DNA of 64,000 nucleotides from Eubacteriales bacterium (lineage in GTDB: Bacteria > Bacillota > Clostridia > Oscillospirales > CAG-272): assembly GCA_045643285.1 (NCBI GenBank), contig JAZUKN010000102.1, positions 45,996 through 109,995 of the forward strand, in the 5' to 3' direction. The notes beneath the pieces are model-generated. The model had not been told where the DNA came from. It searched no databases and was given only the letters and a program-made list of their open reading frames with translations. The position numbers and the translations under genes were made by a program. Below, in pieces: positions 38,056 to 47,455 of this stretch (positions within the stretch are counted from its first letter, which is position 1; the number at the start of each line of letters is the position of its first letter).

Positions 38056-38787
38056 ATGCAGTCGTACTCACAAAGCGTAAAAGACCAGCTCGGCGAGGTA
38101 TCAGTCACGAAAAAATGCTGTCGCTTCACTGATGAGAAAATGCGCTCGCTCGTCAAAACCGACGACAACGGCGATATTCTCGCGGAAATATATTCAAAAT
38201 GCCGCTGTGACGGATGCAGAACGGTTTTTCTGCGCCGCGCATTTATGCTGTACGGAAGCGTGACCGATCCCGATAAAGCGTACCACCTCGATTTTTCCTT
38301 TAAGGTAAACGGAGAAGCGAACGCTGTGGAATCCGCGCTTTCGGACTGTGGATTCGATTTCCGCCGCACGGTGCGAAAGGACAGACACATTCTGTATGTC
38401 AAGAACAGTACGGCTATCGAAGATTTTCTTGTTTTGATAGGCGCGTCAGGGTCGGCGTTCGATCTGATGAACTCAAAGATCGTCCGTGAATTCCGCAATT
38501 CCGTAAACCGACAGGTCAACTGCGATACGGCGAACATCGAAAAACAGATCGACTCCGCGAAAAAATACGTAGATGCTGTCAATTTCCTCGAAAAGACGGG
38601 AAAGATCGACTCGCTGTCTCCGGAGCTGAAAGAAACGGCAAGACTCCGCGCGGAAAACGACCAGGCGTCGCTCTCGGACCTCTCGAATATGTTAAATCCG
38701 CCGGTAACGAAATCCGGCATGAGACATAGGCTTGAAAAAATCTATGAAACAGCAGTCAAATTCGGAATGAAAAACAGCGAGATTTGA
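38056..38787 (+). CDS. whiA: DNA-binding protein WhiA (short form, 243 aa)
   Basis: The translation REFRNSVNRQVNCDTANIEK plus a C-terminal HTH (SLSDLSNML...KSGMRHRLEKI) matches WhiA. The N-terminal LAGLIDADG-like region is shortened. Confidence 0.85.
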   Translation: MQSYSQSVKDQLGEVSVTKKCCRFTDEKMRSLVKTDDNGDILAEIYSKCRCDGCRTVFLRRAFMLYGSVTDPDKAYHLDFSFKVNGEANAVESALSDCGFDFRRTVRKDRHILYVKNSTAIEDFLVLIGASGSAFDLMNSKIVREFRNSVNRQVNCDTANIEKQIDSAKKYVDAVNFLEKTGKIDSLSPELKETARLRAENDQASLSDLSNMLNPPVTKSGMRHRLEKIYETAVKFGMKNSEI

Positions 38788-38802
38788 CTGAATTGATTAT
38801 TT

Positions 38803-38827
38803 GAAAAAATATCTTTGATATTTTTTC
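38803..38827 (+). terminator. AT-rich hairpin/possible terminator after whiA
   Basis: GAAAAAATATC-ttt-GATATTTTTTC. Confidence 0.4.
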
Positions 38828-38835
38828 TTCCTTAA

Positions 38836-38935
38836 TTTTCGACGAAGTCGAAAATTTCACGTGACGAAGTCACACTTCACTTTCACGAAGTGAAAACTTC
38901 ACTTGCCGAAGGCAAACTTCACTCTGCGAAGCAGA
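38836..38935. repeat. array of five tandem mini-hairpins with conserved C(GAA)G loops and ACTTCAC spacers (period 20-22 nt)
   Basis: The five hairpins are TTTTCGAC-GAA-GTCGAAAA, GTGAC-GAA-GTCAC, TTTCAC-GAA-GTGAAA, TTGCC-GAA-GGCAA and TCTGC-GAA-GCAGA. Spacers A(C/T)TTCAC lie at 38854, 38874, 38896 and 38916. The array ends 16 nt before the dnaE ATG. Confidence 0.85.
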
Positions 38936-38951
38936 ATTCTAAGGGGGAAAC

Positions 38952-41900
38952 ATGGGAGAATTCGTTCATCTTCATCTGCATAGCGAATATAGCCTGCTTG
39001 ACGGTGCTTGCCGTGTTTCCGACATCCCGAAAGCCGCAAAAAAAGCAGGACACAGCGCAGTCGCAATAACAGACCACGGCGTGATGTACGGCGTTGTCGA
39101 TTTTTATAAGGCTTGTAAGGCTGATGGCGTGAAGCCGATAATCGGCTGTGAAGTTTACGTCGCAAAACGCTCTCTTTACGATAAAGACCGCGACTTCGAC
39201 GCAGGGTACTACCACCTCGTGCTTCTCGTAAAGAATAAAACCGGCTACGATAACCTCATTTATATGGTGTCAAAGTCCTTCACCGACGGGTTTTACTCAA
39301 AGCCGCGCATAGATACCGAGCTTCTTGAAGCGCATACCGAGGGACTTGTCTGCCTGTCGGGATGCCTTGCCGGACAGATACCGCGCTATATCGTCTCCGG
39401 AGAGTATGATAAAGCCGAAGAATACGCATGCCGACTCGATAAAGCGTTCGGCAGAGGAAATTTCTACCTTGAGATACAGGATCACTCCCTTGCCGACGAT
39501 AAAGTCGTTTGCGAGGGGATCCGCCGTATCCATAACGCTACGGGAATCCCTATGGTCGCAACGAACGACGCGCATTATATCGAAAAAAAGGACGCCGAAA
39601 CACAGGCGGTACTTCTGTGCATCCAAACGAACAGCGTTATCACAGACGGCAGACCGATAGGGTTTGAAACGGACGAATTTTACTATAAATCCACCGAAGA
39701 AATGGAAGCTCTCTTCGCCGACTACGAGGATGCCTGCTCGAATACGGCAAAAATCGCCGATATGTGTTCGTTCGACTTTGAGTTCGGTAAAACAAAACTG
39801 CCGCGTTATAAACCGGAGAACGGGCAAAATCCCGACGACTACCTCCGCGCCCTCGCTTACTCCGGCTTTGAGAAAAAAATCGCCGACGGACATATAACGT
39901 TCGACGGAAAATTCACACGCGAAACATACGAAAAGCGCATAGAATACGAGCTTTCCGTGATTACGAAAATGGGTTACGGTGAATACTACCTTATCGTGTG
40001 GGACTTCGTTCATCACTCAAAATCGGTCGGTATTCCCGTCGGACCGGGACGTGGCTCCGGAGCCGGCTCGCTCGTCGCATATCTTATCGGAATCACCGAT
40101 ATTGACTCTATCCGCTTCGATCTCCTGTTCGAGCGTTTCCTCAACCCCGAAAGAGTATCAATGCCCGACTTCGATATAGATTTCTGCTACGAGAGGCGCG
40201 ACGAGGCCATCGCATACGTCAGAGAAAAGTACGGGGAAGACCACACCTCTCAGATAATAACGTTCGGTACACTTGCGGCAAGGGCGGCAGTCAGAGACGT
40301 AGGACGCGCTCTCGGAATGAGCTATAAGGACGTTGACGAAGTCGCACGTCTCATACCGCGTGAGCTGAAAATCACGATAGACAAGGCACTTGAAGGTAAG
40401 GAGCTCAACGAAATGTACCGCGGCTCGGCAGAGATCAGACGGCTCATTGATCTCTCCCGCGCACTTGAGGGGATGCCGCGCCATTCGTCTATCCATGCGG
40501 CAGGCGTCGTCATCACCGAAGAGCCTGTCACGTCGTACGTCCCCGTCGCAGTCAATAACGGCTCGACAGTCACACAGTTCGATATGGATACCGTGGCGGA
40601 GCTGGGCATTCTGAAATTCGACTTTCTCGCACTGCGCTATCTTACGATAATCGACACGGCGGAAAAGCAGATACGCGAAAAAGAGCCGGACTTCGACCTC
40701 ACAAAGATCGACACGTCGGACGCCGAAACATACGCGCTCATCTCATCCGGCAAATCGGACGGCGTTTTCCAGCTTGAATCCCCGGGAATGAAGCGGATGC
40801 TCACCGAACTGAAACCGGAGCGGCTCGACGATATTATTGCCGCAATTGCACTGTACCGTCCGGGACCTATGGACTCTATCCCGAAATATATTGAAGCACG
40901 GCTGAATCCCGAAAAAATCGAATACTGTACACCACTGTTGAAGCCCATACTTGACGTGACATACGGCTGTATCGTTTATCAGGAGCAGGTCATGCAGATA
41001 TTCCGAGAGATCGCCGGATATTCGTTCGGACACGCAGACGTCGTGCGCCGCGCCATATCGAAAAAGAAAGCCGGAGTGCTTGAATCCGAGAGACAGGCGT
41101 TCATCGACGGCGCAAAGGAACACGGAGTCGACGAGAAAGACGCAGTCGCACTGTTTGAGGATATAGTTTCGTTTGCAAACTACGCATTCAATAAATCCCA
41201 CGCGGCGGCGTATGCGGTGCTGTCGTTCAGAACGGCGTACCTCAAAGCCCATTATCCGCGCGAATACGAAAGCGCACTGCTCACGTCCGTTCAGTCGTAT
41301 ACGGACAAACTCACGGAGTATATAAACGACTGCTCTAAGCAGGGGATTCGCACATACCCGCCCGATATAAACAAGAGCCGCGGCTCGTTCCACGTTGACG
41401 GCGACGGCATCCGCTTCGGGCTTTCCGCCATAAAGGGGATCGGCGACGGACTTGTTGATAAACTCGTTAATGAGCGCGAAAAGAACGGCGAATATAAGGA
41501 TATCGACGACTTCATCGAACGCGCGTCCAAAACGGAGCTTAATAAACGCCAGCTTGAAGTCCTCATCAAATCCGGTGCACTCGATTCACTCGGAGTACCG
41601 CGCCGCAGACTTCTCGCCGTACACGAAACAATGCTTGAAAACCGCTCACCTCTGCTCGGCGGAAATATCGAAGGGCAGATAGGGCTGTTTGACGCAGGCG
41701 GAGCAGTCAGCGCACCGAAGCCGAAGAAGATAGAATTTCCGAACCTGCCGGAATTTACGATGCGCGAAAAGCTCGCACTCGAAAAAGAAAGCTGCGGAAT
41801 ATATTTCTCCGGTCACGTGCTCGACGACTATATAATCGGCGTGAGCCGCGTCAAGCCCGACGAAATAGCGGCGATACGCGCGTCCTTCCGCGATGAAGAC

Positions 41901-42551
41901 GAAGACGAAACTCCCGAAGAAGAGTCACACGAAACCGACACACCGCAGTACGCCGATAAACAGCGCGTCAAAATAGTCGGAGTTGTCGCAAAACGTGTGA
42001 TGAAAAGCACGAAAAACGGCGACAGAATGGCGTTCGTTACGATAGAAGACCGAGGCGGCTCTCTCGAAGTGCTCGTTTTTCCGAAGACAAACGAAAAATG
42101 CGGCTGGATGCTCACCGACGACGCAGTTGTGGCACTGTCCGGCACGCTCTCAAAGAGGGAAGAAGAGGACGTGAAGATCCTCGCCGAGAATATCCTGCCG
42201 CTTTATCCCGACGCGGAAGCCGATAAACTCCCCGATCTTACGGAGCTTGACAAAACGGAGTACCGCAGAAAAACGGATGCAGAAAGGCCGCGCCCGACCC
42301 GTCAGACGGAGAAGAACACAGCCGCAGGCGAGCCGAAGAAAATATATATCCGCGTGCCGTCGACTGAGAGCGCGGAATATAAGCGTTCGGCGGCGATCTG
42401 CGGAATATTCACGGGGAACACGCCCGTGTCGTTCTACGCGACGGACAAAAGCGAGTATCTGACGGAGGAATTTTCGGTCACTCCGACCGATTTTGTTCTA
42501 AACGAGATTTGCGAGATAGTCGGTGAAGAAAACCTCGTCGTGAGAAGATAA
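38952..42551 (+). CDS. dnaE: DNA polymerase III alpha subunit (DnaE type)
   Basis: 1199 aa with a PHP domain (FVHLHLHSEYSLLDGA), a polymerase core and an OB fold. An AAGGGGG RBS is present. Confidence 0.95.
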   Translation: MGEFVHLHLHSEYSLLDGACRVSDIPKAAKKAGHSAVAITDHGVMYGVVDFYKACKADGVKPIIGCEVYVAKRSLYDKDRDFDAGYYHLVLLVKNKTGYDNLIYMVSKSFTDGFYSKPRIDTELLEAHTEGLVCLSGCLAGQIPRYIVSGEYDKAEEYACRLDKAFGRGNFYLEIQDHSLADDKVVCEGIRRIHNATGIPMVATNDAHYIEKKDAETQAVLLCIQTNSVITDGRPIGFETDEFYYKSTEEMEALFADYEDACSNTAKIADMCSFDFEFGKTKLPRYKPENGQNPDDYLRALAYSGFEKKIADGHITFDGKFTRETYEKRIEYELSVITKMGYGEYYLIVWDFVHHSKSVGIPVGPGRGSGAGSLVAYLIGITDIDSIRFDLLFERFLNPERVSMPDFDIDFCYERRDEAIAYVREKYGEDHTSQIITFGTLAARAAVRDVGRALGMSYKDVDEVARLIPRELKITIDKALEGKELNEMYRGSAEIRRLIDLSRALEGMPRHSSIHAAGVVITEEPVTSYVPVAVNNGSTVTQFDMDTVAELGILKFDFLALRYLTIIDTAEKQIREKEPDFDLTKIDTSDAETYALISSGKSDGVFQLESPGMKRMLTELKPERLDDIIAAIALYRPGPMDSIPKYIEARLNPEKIEYCTPLLKPILDVTYGCIVYQEQVMQIFREIAGYSFGHADVVRRAISKKKAGVLESERQAFIDGAKEHGVDEKDAVALFEDIVSFANYAFNKSHAAAYAVLSFRTAYLKAHYPREYESALLTSVQSYTDKLTEYINDCSKQGIRTYPPDINKSRGSFHVDGDGIRFGLSAIKGIGDGLVDKLVNEREKNGEYKDIDDFIERASKTELNKRQLEVLIKSGALDSLGVPRRRLLAVHETMLENRSPLLGGNIEGQIGLFDAGGAVSAPKPKKIEFPNLPEFTMREKLALEKESCGIYFSGHVLDDYIIGVSRVKPDEIAAIRASFRDEDEDETPEEESHETDTPQYADKQRVKIVGVVAKRVMKSTKNGDRMAFVTIEDRGGSLEVLVFPKTNEKCGWMLTDDAVVALSGTLSKREEEDVKILAENILPLYPDAEADKLPDLTELDKTEYRRKTDAERPRPTRQTEKNTAAGEPKKIYIRVPSTESAEYKRSAAICGIFTGNTPVSFYATDKSEYLTEEFSVTPTDFVLNEICEIVGEENLVVRR

Positions 42552-42644
42552 TCACATAAGAATCACCGACTGTTAACATCTGATTCAAAATTCGGGTGTA
42601 TAATAGCCGATAAAGCAGAAAATCCCATAAGAAAGGCGGAAGAC

Positions 42645-45506
42645 ATGAACGGAAAGCAAAATGTCAACTGGGGCGGCGAAACCACCAAGGTCCTCGGAGC
42701 GGCAGGCAAAGTCGTGTTAAAGATATTCACATATATCCTGAACGTACTGCTCACACTCCTGCTCATCGGACTGATCACCGGTATAATCGTCGGTTCTGTT
42801 TTCGCAATATATATCAACAACTACCTTGATCTTGAAATAGACCCGTCGACGATCGTGCAGATCTCGTCCGACTCAACGACGCGCATATACTATATGAATT
42901 ACGCGACGGAGGACGACCGCATAAACCGCAACGGAACACCGATCGAGGTTGAGGATCAGCGCCTCTACGGCACGGAAAACGCGATAGCCGTGTCTTATTC
43001 ACAGCTCCCGAAGAATCTCATAAACGCGTTCATTTCCATTGAGGACAAGCGTTTCTGGGATCATAACGGAGTCGACTGGATAGGCACGATGAACGGCTTC
43101 CTCGGCTTTGTCACAGGCGGCGGACGAGGCGGCTCGACTCTCACCCAACAGCTTATAAAAAACGTAACAGGTGAAGATGAAGTCACGATACAGCGTAAAG
43201 TTCAGGAGATTTTCCGCGCGATAAACCTTGAAAAAGTCAAGTCGAAGGAAGAAATTCTCGAAGCGTATATGAATATCGTCTTCTTCGGGAATAACTGCTA
43301 CGGCGTACAGGCGGCGTCCAACTTCTATTTCGGCAAGGACGTGTCCGATCTCTCGCTGACCGAATGCGCGGCACTTGCGGCTATCGTCAAGAACCCGTCG
43401 CAGTACGATCCCAAGAGACACGAGGACGACTATACGATCACCGTAAACGGCGTGGAAGTCGAAAAAGAGGGAAACAGCACACGTCGCTGGGTAATACTCA
43501 ACGAAATGAAGAAAAACGGTATGATCAACGAAGCCGAATGTACTGCGGCACAGAACGAACGGCTCACGATCTATACGCCGGATGAAGACAGCGGAAAGCT
43601 GTCCGAAGGAATGACGCTGTATTCGTGGTATACCGAAAGTATGCTCACACAGCTTCATACCGATTTAATGGAAAAGTATAACGTCGACAGCCGTACCGCG
43701 TGGAATATGATCTACTATAACGGCTATAAGATCTATACGCCTATGGATCCCGAAGTCCAGGACACTCTCGAAGAGGTCTACGAAAACGACAGCGAATACT
43801 TTCCGCTCACCGGAAGCGGACTTCAGCCGCAGTCTGCCGCGTGTATATGTGACCCGTATACCGGCGACGTGCTCGGCATAGTCGGCGGACGCGGAGAGAA
43901 GACTATAAACCGTGGAACAGACCGCGCAACGGTTTCGGTCAGACCGCCGGGATCGTCGATAAAACCGCTTTCCGTGTACGGCCCGGCTCTTGACGCAGGA
44001 CTTATCACATACGGCAGTGTCATCGACGATACTCCCGTTATGTTCAATTCCCGTGCAACGGGAGCGGTAGACGGAAGCGGCAATCCGATTGTTGAATACA
44101 CACCGTATCCGCAGAACCTTCCCGTTATCTACAGAGGTCTTACTACTCTTCATAAGGGTATTTATCTCTCTATCAATACCGTGGCGATGAAGGTACTGCA
44201 AAAGTACGGAGTAGATAATTCTTTCAACTTTATGAAAGAAAAGCTCCACTTTGACAGCTTAATAGATTCCGCAACTCTCTCAAACGGAGAAGTGATAACC
44301 GACCGCGGACTTGCGGCTCTTTCTCTCGGTCAGCCGAACTACGGCGTGACACTGCTCGAAATGACGGGCGCGTACTGCATCTTCCAGAACAGCGGTGTTT
44401 ATAACGAACCTGCGCTGTATCTCTATGTGACGGATGCCGAGGGCAATACTGTCATCGAGAACGAACGCGCGTCGGAGATCGTCATCAGCGAAGACAGCGC
44501 ATCCATTATGACTGTCATGATGGAAGAAGTAATGAACCAAGGTACAGGTACAGCCTGCACGCTCCGCCATACAGTCGACGTTGCCGGTAAAACAGGTACG
44601 ACATCCGCAGACTTTGACAGATACTTCATGGGCTTCACACCGTACTATGTCGGCGGCGTGTGGACTGGCTACGATATTCCGCAGTCGCTCAGCTCGTTCG
44701 GCGAAAACCCGTCTCTTGTCGTGTGGGACAAGATCATGACGAAGCTCCACCAGAAATATATCGACGAAGCATCAAGCGGCGGCGAACAGCTCAAGAAATT
44801 CGAGCTTTCGTCGGGCGTTATCAAGTGTGAATACTGCATAGATTCCGGTAAGCTCTGCACCGACGCTTGCGACCTAGACCCGCGCGGAAGCCGTCACGAA
44901 ACCGGATATTTCACGAAAGAAACCGCTCCGAAGGACGAATGCGACACACACGTTGTCGTTTTGCGCGATTCAACTACAAATCTTATAGCCTCTCCGGACT
45001 GCAATCCGGCAAACTGCTATAAGACCGCGCTTGTCAGAGTCGAAAACCGCTCGTACCCGAAAGAGATCTACGTCCAGGACGCACAGTACGTCTATAGGGA
45101 ACTCCCGTCCGGTGTTGAACCGAGCGACACTCCCGGTACACCGTTCTTCGCAAATCTTCTGAAAGAGAACGAATACTGCGGCTCGTCGTATGTTGAGGTG
45201 CCGTATAACGCATTCTGCCACTTACACTGGAAAGGTGAACAGCCCGAAGAATCGACTGATGACGTTCCCGACGACGAAGTACCCGATGAAGTCACGGACG
45301 AAACGCCCGACGACGTTGCCGATGTAACCGAGCCGGACGACGTGACCGATGTGACTGAGCCGGATGAAAAATCTTCGGATCATAACACGGAAACGCCGAC
45401 GGAAGAGACTCCCGACGAAACAACCGACGAGATTTCAGATGAAGAGTCGTCCGAAACAGACGGCGACGAAACAGACGAGACGGAAAACACTCTCCCGAAT
45501 TTCTGA
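42645..45506 (+). CDS. class A penicillin-binding protein (glycosyltransferase + transpeptidase) with an acidic C-terminal tail
   Basis: N-terminal TM helix, GT51 motifs (EDKRFWDHNGVD, GGSTLTQQ), transpeptidase motifs (SSIKP, KTGTT) and a D/E/T/P-rich tail after about 45246. Confidence 0.92.
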   Translation: MNGKQNVNWGGETTKVLGAAGKVVLKIFTYILNVLLTLLLIGLITGIIVGSVFAIYINNYLDLEIDPSTIVQISSDSTTRIYYMNYATEDDRINRNGTPIEVEDQRLYGTENAIAVSYSQLPKNLINAFISIEDKRFWDHNGVDWIGTMNGFLGFVTGGGRGGSTLTQQLIKNVTGEDEVTIQRKVQEIFRAINLEKVKSKEEILEAYMNIVFFGNNCYGVQAASNFYFGKDVSDLSLTECAALAAIVKNPSQYDPKRHEDDYTITVNGVEVEKEGNSTRRWVILNEMKKNGMINEAECTAAQNERLTIYTPDEDSGKLSEGMTLYSWYTESMLTQLHTDLMEKYNVDSRTAWNMIYYNGYKIYTPMDPEVQDTLEEVYENDSEYFPLTGSGLQPQSAACICDPYTGDVLGIVGGRGEKTINRGTDRATVSVRPPGSSIKPLSVYGPALDAGLITYGSVIDDTPVMFNSRATGAVDGSGNPIVEYTPYPQNLPVIYRGLTTLHKGIYLSINTVAMKVLQKYGVDNSFNFMKEKLHFDSLIDSATLSNGEVITDRGLAALSLGQPNYGVTLLEMTGAYCIFQNSGVYNEPALYLYVTDAEGNTVIENERASEIVISEDSASIMTVMMEEVMNQGTGTACTLRHTVDVAGKTGTTSADFDRYFMGFTPYYVGGVWTGYDIPQSLSSFGENPSLVVWDKIMTKLHQKYIDEASSGGEQLKKFELSSGVIKCEYCIDSGKLCTDACDLDPRGSRHETGYFTKETAPKDECDTHVVVLRDSTTNLIASPDCNPANCYKTALVRVENRSYPKEIYVQDAQYVYRELPSGVEPSDTPGTPFFANLLKENEYCGSSYVEVPYNAFCHLHWKGEQPEESTDDVPDDEVPDEVTDETPDDVADVTEPDDVTDVTEPDEKSSDHNTETPTEETPDETTDEISDEESSETDGDETDETENTLPNF

Positions 45507-45519
45507 TACTAAAACCGAA

Positions 45520-45555
45520 AATCACCTCATATATTAACGTGAGGTGATTTTTTTG
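45520..45555 (+). terminator. rho-independent terminator after the PBP gene
   Basis: AATCACCTCA...TGAGGTGATT followed by TTTTTTG. It overlaps the nominal GTG start of the next ORF. Confidence 0.75.
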
Positions 45556-46050
45556 CGTAATCAGTTGAAAAGGGAACTCGAATTTCTCGGAGATCATATA
45601 ACGCTCGTGATACTTGCGGCGTTCCTCGCATCCGTCGGCGGAGTTTTGCTCTGGATAAACGGCGGCAGCTCGTGGTATTTCATCCGTTACGGTGCGTCCG
45701 GCGTGCCGCTCGGCGTGATCTTCTCGGTGTGGTGTATCACTTATGCTCTCGCAGGCGCGTCTGCTGCTCTTATCTGGCTCGTCTACAGCGACGGACGGTG
45801 CGGATACAAAAAAGCACTGCCGCTTTTTTCCGTCGCCGCGCTGTCGTATCTTTTCATGCTTGTGTGGTACGCTGTATTCTTCTGCACACGGCTGAATATC
45901 TTCGCGGCGGTCATTCTGATACTGTCGTGCGTCGCCGATATCTTTCTTTTTGTCTCGATGCGCCGCACGATGCTCACTTTTGAAGCCGCAACAGTCGTTG
46001 TTTTCGCCGTTCAGACGTATTTTGTGTATTTTTCTTTCGTATCCCCGTAA
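45544..46050 (+). CDS. 5-TM membrane protein, possibly TspO/MBR-like (start uncertain)
   Basis: Five hydrophobic helices and a W/Y-rich composition. The GTG start lies inside the upstream terminator, so the true start may be a downstream TTG or GTG. Confidence 0.55.
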   Translation: MIFLRNQLKRELEFLGDHITLVILAAFLASVGGVLLWINGGSSWYFIRYGASGVPLGVIFSVWCITYALAGASAALIWLVYSDGRCGYKKALPLFSVAALSYLFMLVWYAVFFCTRLNIFAAVILILSCVADIFLFVSMRRTMLTFEAATVVVFAVQTYFVYFSFVSP

Positions 46051-46158
46051 GTTTTTCGGGAAAAGACTACCATTTCCGTATATTTTGTGATACAATATAA
46101 CTGTATTATTGTGGAATAATAATATTGTCATAACAAAAAAGAAAAACGAGGAAGAAAA

Positions 46159-46467
46159 ATGAAGCCGCTTGAAATAACCGAACAGAATTTTGATACCGAA
46201 GTTCTTCTGTCAGATAAGCCCGTACTGCTCGATTTCTGGGCGCCGTCGTGCGGACCTTGCAGAATGCTCTCTCCCGTAGTCGATGCATTCGCCGAGACGC
46301 GCGATGACATAAAGTTCGGAAAGATCAACGTCGACGAGTGCGAAGACCTCGCCGCACGGTTTGACGTTATGAGCATTCCGCTGCTCGTCGTTGTCGAAAA
46401 CGGGGAAATTAAAAAGACCTCAGCCGGCTATATTACAGAAGAACAGCTCGCCGCTCTTTTTGAATAA
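46159..46467 (+). CDS. trxA: thioredoxin
   Basis: 102 aa with the active site WAPSCGPC. Confidence 0.95.
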   Translation: MKPLEITEQNFDTEVLLSDKPVLLDFWAPSCGPCRMLSPVVDAFAETRDDIKFGKINVDECEDLAARFDVMSIPLLVVVENGEIKKTSAGYITEEQLAALFE

Positions 46468-46504
46468 TACAGATTGATTAAATCAGAAAACGAAGGATCA
46501 AAAA

Positions 46505-47455
46505 ATGGCAAAAAGCATCATCAAACGCGCACTTTCGTCGGACGGCGGAGTACGCATCATATTCATCGACAGCACGGAGATAGTGCGTGAATCGTGCCGT
46601 CTCCACCATACATCAAAGACAATGACAGCGACTCTCGGCAGAGCACTCACCGCGACCGCGCTGATGTCATCGCTTCTCAAAGATAAGGATAATTCGCTCA
46701 CATTCCGCCTTGCCGGAGACGGACCGTGCGGAAACGTCGTATGCGTCGGCGACTATATGGGCAACGTCAGAGGGTACGCGGACGATATGACAGTCGAGCT
46801 TCCTCCTCACGAAAACGGAAAGCTCAACGTTGGCGGAGCAGTAGGCGGCGGTAGTATGTACGTCATAAAGGATCTCGGAATGAACGAGCCGTACGTCGGT
46901 GTGTCAAACATCGTAAGCGGAGAGATCGCCGAGGACGTAACAAACTACTTTGCGGAGAGCGAACAAACTCCGACCGTGTGCGCTCTCGGAGTCCGTGTCG
47001 ACAACGACAATATGTGCTACGCCGCCGGAGGATACCTCATACAGCTCATGCCCGGATACGAAGACCGCGATATAGATATAATCGAAACGAACGTTAAAAT
47101 GGCAGGATCGGTATCAAAGCAGATTGCCGACGGACTGAGCGGAGACGAGATCATCGCCATGCTGTTCTCGGGAATGGAATTTGAACTGTTCGACGAATTT
47201 GAGGCTGAATACCGCTGTAACTGCAACGAAGACCGTTATATGCGTGCGCTTACTACGCTCAATCCGCACGACTGGAGGGAACTAAAAGACGCAGGCGAGC
47301 CTGTCGAGACGTCGTGCCTCTTCTGCGGAAAGAAGTACAGATTCGAGCTTGACGCTATAGAGGCCGCACGCCACGAAGCACTCAAGGCTAAAGCAAAAGA
47401 GATAGTCAGAGGCAAACAGGAAGCAAAAGAAGAAGGAGAGGAGAACAAACAATGA
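46505..47455 (+). CDS. hslO: Hsp33-family redox-regulated chaperone
   Basis: Hsp33 core plus the C-terminal zinc motif CNC...CLFCG. Confidence 0.92.
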   Translation: MAKSIIKRALSSDGGVRIIFIDSTEIVRESCRLHHTSKTMTATLGRALTATALMSSLLKDKDNSLTFRLAGDGPCGNVVCVGDYMGNVRGYADDMTVELPPHENGKLNVGGAVGGGSMYVIKDLGMNEPYVGVSNIVSGEIAEDVTNYFAESEQTPTVCALGVRVDNDNMCYAAGGYLIQLMPGYEDRDIDIIETNVKMAGSVSKQIADGLSGDEIIAMLFSGMEFELFDEFEAEYRCNCNEDRYMRALTTLNPHDWRELKDAGEPVETSCLFCGKKYRFELDAIEAARHEALKAKAKEIVRGKQEAKEEGEENKQ

